Notes under the pieces: model-generated
The model's input: the letters and a program-made list of their open reading frames with translations, nothing else
Told to the model about the DNA's origin: nothing
Database searches by the model: none
Program-made: the position numbers and the translations under genes
Shown: positions 44,833 through 55,729 of the stretch, in pieces
Numbering within the stretch: the stretch's first letter is position 1
Layout of the letters: every line of letters starts with the position of its first letter
Source of the DNA: an uncultured Candidatus Rokubacteria bacterium
GTDB taxonomy: Bacteria > Methylomirabilota > Methylomirabilia > Rokubacteriales > CSP1-6
Direction of reading: 5' to 3'
Length of the DNA: 64,000 nt
Assembly: GCA_963789955.1 (NCBI GenBank)
Contig: CAWBMV010000022.1
Coordinates: 384,001 to 448,000, forward strand

Positions 44833-45771
44833 CTATCGACCGACTAGCGGTAGCCCCTCTTGTTGCCTCACCTCGTTGATGACCTCGAGCACGCGCGTGT
44901 GCAGCCCGGGGTACTCGATCCCAAACTCCTTGGCCAGACGGCTCCAGTCAACCAGGTAGTTGCCTGATTCCTCGCGGCCGCCTTCCTTGGCGAACGTGAT
45001 CTGTGCGTCAGGCAGGAACCCGCGCACGATGTCCGCGAGCTCGCCGAGGCTCACCGGGATGCCGCCCGAGTTGTAGAGCGAATGACGGGGCGCGTCGGCC
45101 AGCAGGATGCGCATGAAGACTTCGGCCATGTCCTCGACGTGGATCAAGAGACGCATGAGGCCCTTGGCCGGCAGGTGAACCGGCCGGCCGCGCGCGGCGT
45201 CGACCATGATCTGCACGTGATCGACCGAGCCGCGTACTTTGTCCGGCCCGGTGACGTTCGCCGGACGCACGCCCGTGATCGACATGCCGTAGTTCTTGAT
45301 GTACTTCTTGGCCTGGAACTCGTTGAAGATCTTGTGCATCGCGTACTGGCTCGTGCCGTACGTGGGATCGTCCTCGGTGGCCAGCCGGTCGCCGAAGTTG
45401 CTCTGCTGGCCGCTCACCGCGACCGAGCTCGCGTAGACGATGCGCTTGACCCCGGCCAGCCGCGCGGCCTCGAAGCAGTTGTCCATCCCGAGGATGTCCA
45501 GGCGCATCACCTGGTGCGGGTTGCCCTCGCCGGCTCCGAGTCCGTAGGCCAGATTGATGAGCCGGTCCGGCTTCACGTCGAGCACGGTGCGCATCACGTC
45601 CTCGAACTGTGTGACGTCGCCGCGGACGACCGGCGCGCCGACTGGCACACCGGCGAACGTCGCGGCCGCCGGGTTCAGATCCATGCCGACGACCGATTCG
45701 CCGCGCGCCACCAGCTTACGGATCAGCCGGGGACCGATGAAGCCGGTTGCGCCGATCACGAGGACGGACAT
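44833..45771 (-). CDS. NAD-dependent epimerase/dehydratase family protein
   Basis: GATGFIG, YASS, YAMHK. Confidence 0.9.
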   Translation of the reverse strand: MSVLVIGATGFIGPRLIRKLVARGESVVGMDLNPAAATFAGVPVGAPVVRGDVTQFEDVMRTVLDVKPDRLINLAYGLGAGEGNPHQVMRLDILGMDNCFEAARLAGVKRIVYASSVAVSGQQSNFGDRLATEDDPTYGTSQYAMHKIFNEFQAKKYIKNYGMSITGVRPANVTGPDKVRGSVDHVQIMVDAARGRPVHLPAKGLMRLLIHVEDMAEVFMRILLADAPRHSLYNSGGIPVSLGELADIVRGFLPDAQITFAKEGGREESGNYLVDWSRLAKEFGIEYPGLHTRVLEVINEVRQQEGLPLVGR

Positions 45772-45859
45772 ACGCACCTCCTGACGAAGACCGTGGCCCG
45801 ACCCTGCGGGCCGCTCGAACATAGCCCGTCAGGTGCGTGACAGGCAAGACTCGTCGGGA

Positions 45860-46222
45860 TCAGTCCTGGCGGGTCGACTGCCAGGCGATCATGCGCCAGT
45901 CGGCGCCGCTCTTCGCGTACACCGCGAGGTAGCGGACGGTGAACCGGTTCTCCTTGCCGTCACGCTCCACGTGCATGTCGGATACGCCGTTGACGATGCC
46001 GACGTTGCCGGCCACGCGCACGCGACGGTCGCGCGGCGCGATGCCGCGGTAGTGCGGCTTGCCGGCGCGGAGGTTCGCGATGTGCTCCGTCTTCGACTCC
46101 TGTCGGGCGGTGGAGTGCACATAGGTGAGATCGTCGGAGAGCGCCGCGTCGAGCGCGGCCCAGTCGCCCTTTCTCATCGCCTCGAAGCGCCGGTCGTCGG
46201 CGCGAAGGACATCGGCTTCCAT
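45860..46222 (-). CDS. NTF2-like (DUF4440-type) protein
   Basis: LSDDLTYVHS, WRMIAWQST; RBS AAGGAG. Confidence 0.85.
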   Translation of the reverse strand: MEADVLRADDRRFEAMRKGDWAALDAALSDDLTYVHSTARQESKTEHIANLRAGKPHYRGIAPRDRRVRVAGNVGIVNGVSDMHVERDGKENRFTVRYLAVYAKSGADWRMIAWQSTRQD

Positions 46223-47400
46223 GACGTCTCCTTCCTGCGGCACGCGGGGATCACGTGCTTGCCGAACATTTCGATCGATTGCATCGCGCGCTCGTGCGGG
46301 ATCGTCTCGGTCTGCGTGATCAAGATGACCTGATCGACACCGGCCTCCTCGTAGAGCTGAACGCCCTTGATGCAGCTCTCGGGGTCGCCGGCGATGATGA
46401 TGCCGCGATCGCACAAGGTGTCGGGGTCCATCTGGCCGAAGGCCGCGCGCGCGGCGCCCGGGCCGCTATCGAGCGAGATCCCGACCTGAGCGGCCTGCTC
46501 CTTGTGCGCGTCGTCCGACTGCCGGAGCCACCGGCCGAAGTCGGCCTTCAAGTGATCGGGCACGCCGCCCCACGACTCCAGGAGCTGCTCGTAGGCGTTG
46601 ACGCGGTCGCGAATGTACGGCTTGTCCGGCCCGAAGAACGTCTTGAGCGAGAGTGCGGCGAGCGCGCGCGCCTCGGCGTTGTTCTCGCCGCAGAACCCGT
46701 GCACGTTGTTGCCCCAGTAGTCGTTGACGACGGCGCCCACGGGTGTCGCCTGCTTGACTCGCGCCCGATAGCGGTTGACGTGCTCCGCCAGGATGTTGGT
46801 GGCGAACGTGGCCGAGGACAGGACGCCGATGCCTTTGTCGGCCGCGACGTCGTAGCTCTCGGTCTGCGTGCACGCGAGGTACATCGGCGGATGCGGCTTC
46901 TGATACGGCTTGGGCAGCACGTGGCGCTTGGGCACCGTCCAGAAGGCGCCCTCCCAGGAAAACTCTTCCGATTGCCAGATCTGCGGGATCATCCTGAGCG
47001 ATTCTTCCCACATCGCGCGTGTGTTGCGCGGATCGATGCCCTGACCGATCTGCTCGTACGCGTTGGACCGCCCGGTCCCGAACTCGAGCCGGCCGTCGGT
47101 CAGCTGGTCCAGCATGGCCGCTCGCTCGGCCGCATGAATGGGATGGTGCGACGGCAGGATACAGACACCGAAGCCGATCCGGATGCGCCGGGTCATCTGG
47201 CTCAAAGCGCCGAGCAGCACTTCGGGGCAGGGCGAGCCCGAGAATCCGGTCAGAAAGTGGTGCTCGACGAACCAGAGGTTGTCGAAGCCGATCTTGTCGG
47301 CCAGCACGCATTGCTCGAGCGTTTCCTTGTAGAGCTTGTTCCAGTCGATGTCCGTGCCTTTGAACGGTCGCTGCGCCTCGTAGAGCAGGCCGAATCGCAT
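46174..47400 (-). CDS. LLM-class flavin-dependent oxidoreductase (3' end may be frameshift-extended)
   Basis: WFVEHHF, LDQLTDGR.EFGTGRS, PKPYQKPHPP. Confidence 0.92.
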   Translation of the reverse strand: MRFGLLYEAQRPFKGTDIDWNKLYKETLEQCVLADKIGFDNLWFVEHHFLTGFSGSPCPEVLLGALSQMTRRIRIGFGVCILPSHHPIHAAERAAMLDQLTDGRLEFGTGRSNAYEQIGQGIDPRNTRAMWEESLRMIPQIWQSEEFSWEGAFWTVPKRHVLPKPYQKPHPPMYLACTQTESYDVAADKGIGVLSSATFATNILAEHVNRYRARVKQATPVGAVVNDYWGNNVHGFCGENNAEARALAALSLKTFFGPDKPYIRDRVNAYEQLLESWGGVPDHLKADFGRWLRQSDDAHKEQAAQVGISLDSGPGAARAAFGQMDPDTLCDRGIIIAGDPESCIKGVQLYEEAGVDQVILITQTETIPHERAMQSIEMFGKHVIPACRRKETSWKPMSFAPTTGASRR

Positions 47401-47423
47401 CGCGGGTATCTCCTGACCGTCGT

Positions 47424-47472
47424 GCGCGCCGCAGATCGCCGCGGGGCTGGGGCCTCGCCGGTCGAGGCGCGC
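47424..47472 (+). repeat. 49-nt hairpin repeat, copy 4
   Basis: GCGCGCC-GCA-GATCG-CC-GCGGGGC-TGGG-GCCTCGC-CGGTC-GA-GGCGCGC. Confidence 0.93.
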
Positions 47473-47567
47473 TTCCGAAAAATACGGACTGAAAAGTGCC
47501 GTCATGCTATCACGTTGGCGGGGCGTCTTGACGGCGGCATCGGTCGCGGCATAGGCTCGCCGGCACC

Positions 47568-48341
47568 ATGGAAGAGCGCCTCGTCGAGATTCCCACCGCG
47601 TCGGGCCGCATGGACACGTTCGTCACCCACCCGGAGCAGGACGGACCGTTTCCGCCGGTCATCATCTACATGGACATCTGGGGGCTCCGCGAGGAGCTCT
47701 TTGAGATCGCGCGTCGGGTCGGCACCGTCGGGTACTACTGCATGGTGCCCGATCTCTACTACCGGCAGGGCAAGGTCCGGCACGAGTTTCGGGACGCGGA
47801 GAACCGGATGATCTCGCTCCACGCGCTCGACGAGGCGCGCCGGCAGCGCGTGATCGCGCCGGGACGCCGCCTCTCGAACCAGATGGTCGTCGACGATACG
47901 GGCGCGATCCTGGACTTCCTCGGCCGCGGCGAGCCGGTGCGTGCGGGCGCCGTCGGCTCGATCGGCTACTGCATGGGCGGCCGTCACGTCCTGTGTGTCG
48001 CGGGCCATTTCCCCGACCGCATGACCGCCGGCGCGAGCCTGCACGGCACCACGCTCATCAGCGACGCGCCCGACTCGCCGCACCACCTGGCCCGGGAGTT
48101 CCGCGGCGAGCTCTATTGCGGGTTCGCCGAGATGGATCCATACGCTCCGCTGTCGATGGTGAAGGAGCTCGACACGCTCTTGCGTCCGTGCCCGATCGAC
48201 TATCGGTATGCGATCCACGAGGGCGCCCAGCACGGCTACGCGCTCCCCAACCGCGACATCTTCGACGCGCGCGGCGCGGCGCGCGACTGGGAGCAGATCT
48301 TCGCGATGTTCCACCGGCGAATCCCGCCCTATCAGGCGTAG
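47568..48341 (+). CDS. Dienelactone hydrolase family protein
   Basis: MDIWGLR, PDLYYR, GYCMGG, HGYA; TTGACG-N18-TAGGCT upstream. Confidence 0.92.
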   Translation: MEERLVEIPTASGRMDTFVTHPEQDGPFPPVIIYMDIWGLREELFEIARRVGTVGYYCMVPDLYYRQGKVRHEFRDAENRMISLHALDEARRQRVIAPGRRLSNQMVVDDTGAILDFLGRGEPVRAGAVGSIGYCMGGRHVLCVAGHFPDRMTAGASLHGTTLISDAPDSPHHLAREFRGELYCGFAEMDPYAPLSMVKELDTLLRPCPIDYRYAIHEGAQHGYALPNRDIFDARGAARDWEQIFAMFHRRIPPYQA

Positions 48342-48345
48342 ACCG

Positions 48346-48477
48346 ATGGACTGGATCGAGGCGAATGGCGCGAGCCTGCGATACGACTCGGGCCATTTCA
48401 TGGCGGTCGAGACGCCGGACCTGCTCGTCGATCTGGCGATCCCGTTCCTGACCGCGGGAGCGGCGGGGGCGAGGTGA
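48346..48477 (+). pseudogene. Alpha/beta hydrolase remnant with large in-frame internal deletion
   Basis: MDWIEANGASLRYD joined directly to SGHFMAVETPD...FL. Confidence 0.7.
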
Positions 48478-49736
48478 TGGGCGCCCCGACCCCCGTGATC
48501 GACTACAAGACGCTCGTGCAGGACGATCGCATCCACGCCTCGCTCTACACCGACCCGCGCATCTTCGACGACGAGATGGAGCGCATCTTCCGCCGCGGCT
48601 GGGTCTTCGTCGGGCACGAGAGCGAGATTCCCGGCGCCGGCGACTTCGTCACGCGCCGCCTCGGCGCGGAGCCGGTGATCATGGTGCGCGCCGCCGATGG
48701 CGGTGTCGCCGTGCTCGTCAATCGCTGCATGCACCGCGGCACGATGGTGTGCCCGGCCGACCGGGGTCACGCACGGACGTTCACCTGTCCCTACCACGGC
48801 TGGACCTACGACGTCTCGGGCGCGCTGCTCGGGGTGCCCTATCCCGGCGGGTACGGCGCGTTCGACAAGAACGCGCACGGCCTCGCGCGCGCGCCGCGCG
48901 TGTCGAGCTACCGCGGCTTCGTCTTCGCCAGCCTGAGCCCGGCGGGGATTTCGCTCTCGGAGCATCTGGGCATGGCCACGCGGCTGATCGATCGCTCGTG
49001 CGATCTCTCACCGGTCGGCGAGATCGAGCTGACCGCCGGCTGGGTGAAGCACCGGTGCGCCGCCAACTGGAAGGCGCTGCCCGAGAACGACAGCGACGGC
49101 TACCATCTCGGGTTCGTCCATCGCGCACTGTTCGCGACGGTGCGCACGCAGTATCAGCGCGTGGTCGGCGACGAGAAGGCGATCAAGGCGGTCGTGCGCG
49201 ACTGGGGCAACGGCCATATGGAAATCGACTGGTCGCCCGGCTATCAGGGCCCGTTCGAGTGGCTGGGCGGCGCCTCCGGCTCGGTGGTCGCCGACTTCGT
49301 GGCCGCGCTGGAGCGCCGCGATGGTCCCGAGCTCGCGCGCCGGCGCATCCTCGAGGGCCCGGCCCATGTGCTCATCTTTCCGAATTTGTTTCTGGGCGAG
49401 ACCAACATCGCGATCGTCGAGCCGGTGAGCGTCGAGGAGTGCGTGCACTGGCACACGCCGATGTTCCTCAAGGGCGTGCCCGAGTTCAACAGCCGCCTGC
49501 TGCGCATGGCCGAAGCGGGTATGGGCCCGGCATCGTTCCTGATGCCGGAAGACCTGATCGTGGCGGCCCGGAACCAGCTCGGGCTGCACGCGCGCACCGT
49601 TCCCTGGCTCGAGCTCGGCCGGGGCCTCAACCGCGAGCGGGTCGACGCCGAGGGCCGGACGGTCTCTCACGTCACGGACGAGACGACGAATCGCGCGCTC
49701 TGGCGCCACTACCGGACGGTGATGACGGACGCGTAG
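48477..49736 (+). CDS. Rieske aromatic ring-hydroxylating oxygenase alpha subunit
   Basis: NRCMHRG, CPYHGW, NWK...EN.SDGYH...VH, IFPNL. Confidence 0.95.
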   Translation: MGAPTPVIDYKTLVQDDRIHASLYTDPRIFDDEMERIFRRGWVFVGHESEIPGAGDFVTRRLGAEPVIMVRAADGGVAVLVNRCMHRGTMVCPADRGHARTFTCPYHGWTYDVSGALLGVPYPGGYGAFDKNAHGLARAPRVSSYRGFVFASLSPAGISLSEHLGMATRLIDRSCDLSPVGEIELTAGWVKHRCAANWKALPENDSDGYHLGFVHRALFATVRTQYQRVVGDEKAIKAVVRDWGNGHMEIDWSPGYQGPFEWLGGASGSVVADFVAALERRDGPELARRRILEGPAHVLIFPNLFLGETNIAIVEPVSVEECVHWHTPMFLKGVPEFNSRLLRMAEAGMGPASFLMPEDLIVAARNQLGLHARTVPWLELGRGLNRERVDAEGRTVSHVTDETTNRALWRHYRTVMTDA

Positions 49737-49748
49737 TCCCCCGGCCCG

Positions 49749-50240
49749 ATGCTCTCCGACGCCGAACACCGAGCCGTGGTCGAGTTCATCTATCGCGAAG
49801 CGCGCCTGGCCGACGAGGCGCGCTACGCCGAGTGGCTCGCGCTGTGGACCGACGACGGCGTGTACTGGGTGCCGGCGAGCACCGATCCCTCCGCCGATCC
49901 GGACAAGCACCTCTCGCACATCTACGACAACCGCGGCCGCATCGAGACGCGGATCAAGATGCTACAGACTGGCTACCGCTACAGCCAGGAGCCGGCGTCA
50001 CTGATGCGCCGGCTCGTGTCGAATATCGAGGCGACGTCGGCCGACAACGGCGAGCTCGTCGTCGAGTCGAACTTCGCCCTCGCGGAGCTCGCGATCCAGG
50101 CCAAGCGTGAGCTCCACTGGTGGGTCGGGCGCACGACGCACCGGCTCCGGCGCGTCGGCGGCGAGCTGAAGATGTGCCGGAAGAAGGTCGTGCTGGTGAA
50201 CGCGGCCGAGCCGCTGCCGAATCTATCGTTCTTGATCTGA
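49749..50240 (+). CDS. Aromatic ring-hydroxylating oxygenase beta subunit
   Basis: FIYREARLAD...W..LW..D..YWVP, KKVVLVN. Confidence 0.93.
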   Translation: MLSDAEHRAVVEFIYREARLADEARYAEWLALWTDDGVYWVPASTDPSADPDKHLSHIYDNRGRIETRIKMLQTGYRYSQEPASLMRRLVSNIEATSADNGELVVESNFALAELAIQAKRELHWWVGRTTHRLRRVGGELKMCRKKVVLVNAAEPLPNLSFLI

Positions 50241-50245
50241 ACCGG

Positions 50246-51008
50246 CTATCGCTGCCCCCCGGGCACTGGGAAGTACGTGGTACCCGGCTCTGGGAAATCC
50301 TTCCATGGCAATGTGGGGTACGTGCCGGGCCCGCTTCTACTCTGGTCTGGTGTCGCGCCCGGCGACACCGTGCGGGAGGAGGATGCAGGATTGGACCGTG
50401 TGCCGGGCGGCAGCGGCTCGATGTTTGGCAACGTCCCCGAGAACACGCGCCCGCCGGAACCGTCAGGCGGGTGGCCGCGATAGTCGCCAGGGTCCGGGTC
50501 CACCTCGGGCGGGTGCGGGCGATAGTAGGTCAACACGTCGCGATCGCCCCACAGGCCGCGGCCGTCCCGGCGAGCGTCCTCTTCGAGAGTGCGGAAGTAA
50601 GCGAGGTACTGATGGTCCGTGGACGCCATCGCCTCGGCATAGCCCCTCTGAAGAAGAGTGGCGTTGACGAACACCTTGTCAACCCAGACGTAGGCCATCA
50701 GCCGGCCCGAGCGGTCACGCGGGGGCGCGCCCAAGGTGAGGTAGATCCACTTGCCTTCGACGAGCCGCTGATTCGCCTCGCGCGCCACGTTCGCGAACGG
50801 CTCCCGGCCCCGCGCGGGATGATCGACGATCGGGACGTCGATGCCGAGGTAGCGCACGCCTTCGATCCGCGTACCGATCTGGGCGTAGATGAAGTCGCCC
50901 TCCACGACACGCGTGACGTAGGCCGGGCCGATCCATCCCTGCGCGAAGGCCGACGTCGAGACACCCGAGAGGGCGACGAGCGAGAGCGCCCACCCTGAAT
51001 ATCAACAA
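50246..51008 (-). CDS. Secreted thermonuclease (SNase)-family protein with Pro-rich tail; probable frameshift in signal peptide
   Basis: VTRVVEGD, VRYLGID.P, DRSGRLMAYV, VNATLLQRGYA, ARRDGRGLW. Confidence 0.82.
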
Positions 51009-51022
51009 ATGCCTCGGTGGGT

Positions 51023-52636
<1,614 letters not shown>

Positions 52637-52790
52637 TGCAGATTCTCCTCGCATGGCTTTGTTCGTGGACCTCGGGAGCCGCGGCGCATCGCCGTATGGT
52701 CGTCGACCCGCCCAGCGCGATCCACTGGACCTAGGTCTAGAGGGCATGCGCCAGCCGCCGTCGGGCGGCCGGACGATTCAACTCAGACGG

Positions 52791-53312
52791 TCAACGACCC
52801 GGGTGAAACCACCAGACGAGAGCAACGGAGGCGAACACCGCGGTCTCCATGAGAGTGGCGACGAACAGCGCGATGCGAGAGCCATGATTCGGAGCGAACA
52901 GGCCCGAGAGAAAGAAGGCCAGAGCGAACAGCGGAGCGACCAGAATCCTGAGGCCGGCGAGGCCCGACCAGATCTGAAGCAAGGAGCTGGCGCCGGCGGT
53001 CCGTGCGACGACGTAAGTAGTGAAGGCTCCCGCCGCCGTGGCAGCGACCGATGCAAGAGCCGCGACGGAGAGCACGAGCCAGAACGCGCGGTTGGGCCTG
53101 AGGAAGAAGAGCGCAGCACCCGTTGGAAGGACGGCAGCCGCGGCGAACACCGCCAGGAAGAGCAGGCTGTCGCCGAAATCGTACATGGCGCCGTACGTCT
53201 GCCGGTCGGGCCCGCTGGTCGAGGCCACGTAGATCGCGACGATCGTGGAAGCCACCAGGAAGGCGCCGACGTACCCCGAGGCAACGAGGCCGATCTTGGC
53301 GGGGGCTCTCAG
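52791..53312 (-). CDS. Hypothetical membrane protein (start uncertain)
   Basis: About five hydrophobic segments; GAMYDFGD. Confidence 0.65.
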   Translation of the reverse strand: MRAPAKIGLVASGYVGAFLVASTIVAIYVASTSGPDRQTYGAMYDFGDSLLFLAVFAAAAVLPTGAALFFLRPNRAFWLVLSVAALASVAATAAGAFTTYVVARTAGASSLLQIWSGLAGLRILVAPLFALAFFLSGLFAPNHGSRIALFVATLMETAVFASVALVWWFHPGR

Positions 53313-53510
53313 CGACGCAGTCCTATGGTCACCGGGATGCGGACCATACCTAGGAAAACGGCCCGGACTGCCGGCAGGCGGTCTGGACCCATTGACCAGC
53401 TATGAGTAGTGGAGGACGCGCTCAGCACCGACACCGGCGGGAATGCTACAGTTGATGCGCGAACGCGAAGACCGACCGTGGCGGCGCCGTGCCGCCGAGA
53501 GGGAGCCAGC

Positions 53511-54497
53511 ATGTCCGCGACGAGCACGTTGCCCACCCTGACCTCCGACGAGGTGATCGCCCAGCTCCGAGCCCTTCGGACGCGCCAGCCGGTGAAGTAC
53601 TGGGCGTTCTACTCGAGCCAGCTCGGCGGGATCGTGACCGATCCCGCGCTCATGGTCGTGCCGTTCGACGACCACATGGTGCACCGCGGTCACGGCATCT
53701 TCGACACCGCGGCGATCGAGGCCGGCAAGATCTACGATCTCGAGGCGCACCTGGACCGGTTCATCCGATCGGCGCACAACTCGAAGCTGAAGCTCCCGGC
53801 GCGGGACGAGATGCGGGACATCATCGTGCGCACCGCGGCCGCGAGCGGCAAGCGCGAGGGCTCGATCCGCTACTGGGCCTCCGCGGGGCCGGGGAGCCTC
53901 GGTCTGGCCCCGGCGGCCGGCGCCGAGCCCGGATTCTTCGTGATGATCTCCGCGGGGCTCGGCTATCCGGACACGTGGTACACGCAGGGGCTCCGCATGA
54001 TGACGACGACGTATCCGATCAAGCCGCCGCTCTACGCCGTCACCAAGAGCGTCAACTATCTCCCCAACGTCCTCATGCAGATGGAGGCCCAGGAGCGCGG
54101 CGTCGACAACGGGATCTTCATCGACGCGGCCGGGAACGTGGGCGAGAGCTCGAACATGAATGTTGCGTTCATCACCGCCGACGGAATGCTCAAGCACCCG
54201 AAGTTCGATCACATCCTGTCGGGCTGCACCTCGTTGCGCCTGCTCGAGCTGGCGACCCGGCTCCAGACGACGGGCGTGCTCAAGGGCGTTCAGGTCTGTG
54301 ACATTCCCGTGGCGGAGGCGCGCGCGGCCCACGAGATGCTGCTGATCGGCAGCTCGGTCAAGGTCGCGCCGATCGTCGAGTGGGACGGCAAACCGATCGG
54401 CGACGGGAAGCCCGGTCCGATCGCCCGCGCGCTCCGCGAGCTGCTGCAGAACGACATGCGCTCGGCGACCGACCGCCTGATCGACATCCCGTACTGA
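53511..54497 (+). CDS. Aminotransferase class IV (D-amino acid transaminase/ADC lyase-like)
   Basis: DDHMVHRGHGIFD, KSVNYLPN, ESSNMN, ILSGCT. Confidence 0.92.
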   Translation: MSATSTLPTLTSDEVIAQLRALRTRQPVKYWAFYSSQLGGIVTDPALMVVPFDDHMVHRGHGIFDTAAIEAGKIYDLEAHLDRFIRSAHNSKLKLPARDEMRDIIVRTAAASGKREGSIRYWASAGPGSLGLAPAAGAEPGFFVMISAGLGYPDTWYTQGLRMMTTTYPIKPPLYAVTKSVNYLPNVLMQMEAQERGVDNGIFIDAAGNVGESSNMNVAFITADGMLKHPKFDHILSGCTSLRLLELATRLQTTGVLKGVQVCDIPVAEARAAHEMLLIGSSVKVAPIVEWDGKPIGDGKPGPIARALRELLQNDMRSATDRLIDIPY

Positions 54498-54504
54498 GGG
54501 GCGG

Positions 54505-55701
54505 CTAGCGCCGCCAGAGGCGGTCGGAGGCGAGCCGGGCGCCGGCGACCAGCGCCTCGAATTTCGCCCACATCACCGCGGGATGCTGGCGCTGGTACAA
54601 GGCGCCCTGCGCAAATCCGCAGTCGGCTCCCGCGATGACCCGCTCCCGGCCGATCGAGCTGGCGAAATTCATGATCCGCTCCGCGATCGTCTCGGGATGC
54701 TCGACCACGGCGGTCGTGTGCGCGATCACGCCGGGAATGAGTATCTTGCCCTCCGGGAGCTTCACGTCCTCCCACACACGCCACTCGTACGAGTGCCGGG
54801 GTGTCGCCGCCTCGACCGAATAGCTCTGCGCCTTGACCCGGAGCATGAGGTCGACGATGTCGCGCAGACCGAGGTCGTGGACGTGCGGGCCTTGCCAGCT
54901 GCCCCAGCAGAGGTGATACCGCACGCGGTCCTCGGGGATGCCCGCCAGCGCGTGATTGAGCGCCTCGAGGTTTCGCGCCTGCGTCCGCCGGTAGTCCTCG
55001 AGCGGCGGCGCCGGGATCAGCATGTCCCACGTCTCGCCCAGACCCGGGTCGTCGATCTGCAAGACGAAGCCCGCGTCGACGATGGCCCGATACTCCGTCT
55101 TCAGCGCCTCGGCGATCGCGAAGACGTACTCCTCGTCGGTCTTGTAGTACTGATTCTGTCCTCGGCCGACCATCGCCGGCGCGATCGCCGGCACGAAGGC
55201 CTCCTCCACCGTGACGTCGCGCAGCGCGCGTTTGAAGATCTCGAGATCTCGCTGCAGCAGTGCCTGGCCCTTGTACGCGATCGGGCCCTGGCACACCGTG
55301 GGCCGGGCGGAGGGCGGCATCGCGCGCGGCAGGTATTCTTCGTAGTACTCCCGGAACGCGCGCCACTCGCGACGAGTATCGACCCGGCGCGCCCACGAGG
55401 TCCCGGCGTTGCTCGACGGAACGCCGGGATCGTCGGCTTTCATCGGGACGAAGCCGGTGAGCCGCTCGTCCGTGTAGGCCAGAAAGCTCGTCTTCGACAT
55501 CTCGCCGTCGGAGACGATGTCGATGCCGACGCGAGCCTGCTGCCGCACGGCGTCGGCCACCGCGTCCCCGACGAGGGCGGAGAGCCGGCCTTCGTCCGCC
55601 GTCTGACCCGCCAGGCGATCCCGGAGCAGCGCCTTGATGCTCTCCGGCCGCGGCATGCTGCCGACGTGCGTGGTCAGGATGCGAGTGGCGCTGGTCTTCA
55701 T
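54505..55701 (-). CDS. Cobalamin-independent methionine synthase II family protein
   Basis: TTHVGSMPRP, DGEMSK, LQIDDP, HLCWG, GADCGF. Confidence 0.92.
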   Translation of the reverse strand: MKTSATRILTTHVGSMPRPESIKALLRDRLAGQTADEGRLSALVGDAVADAVRQQARVGIDIVSDGEMSKTSFLAYTDERLTGFVPMKADDPGVPSSNAGTSWARRVDTRREWRAFREYYEEYLPRAMPPSARPTVCQGPIAYKGQALLQRDLEIFKRALRDVTVEEAFVPAIAPAMVGRGQNQYYKTDEEYVFAIAEALKTEYRAIVDAGFVLQIDDPGLGETWDMLIPAPPLEDYRRTQARNLEALNHALAGIPEDRVRYHLCWGSWQGPHVHDLGLRDIVDLMLRVKAQSYSVEAATPRHSYEWRVWEDVKLPEGKILIPGVIAHTTAVVEHPETIAERIMNFASSIGRERVIAGADCGFAQGALYQRQHPAVMWAKFEALVAGARLASDRLWRR

Positions 55702-55729
55702 CGGTAGCGCTCGGTCGCATCGGCCGCTC

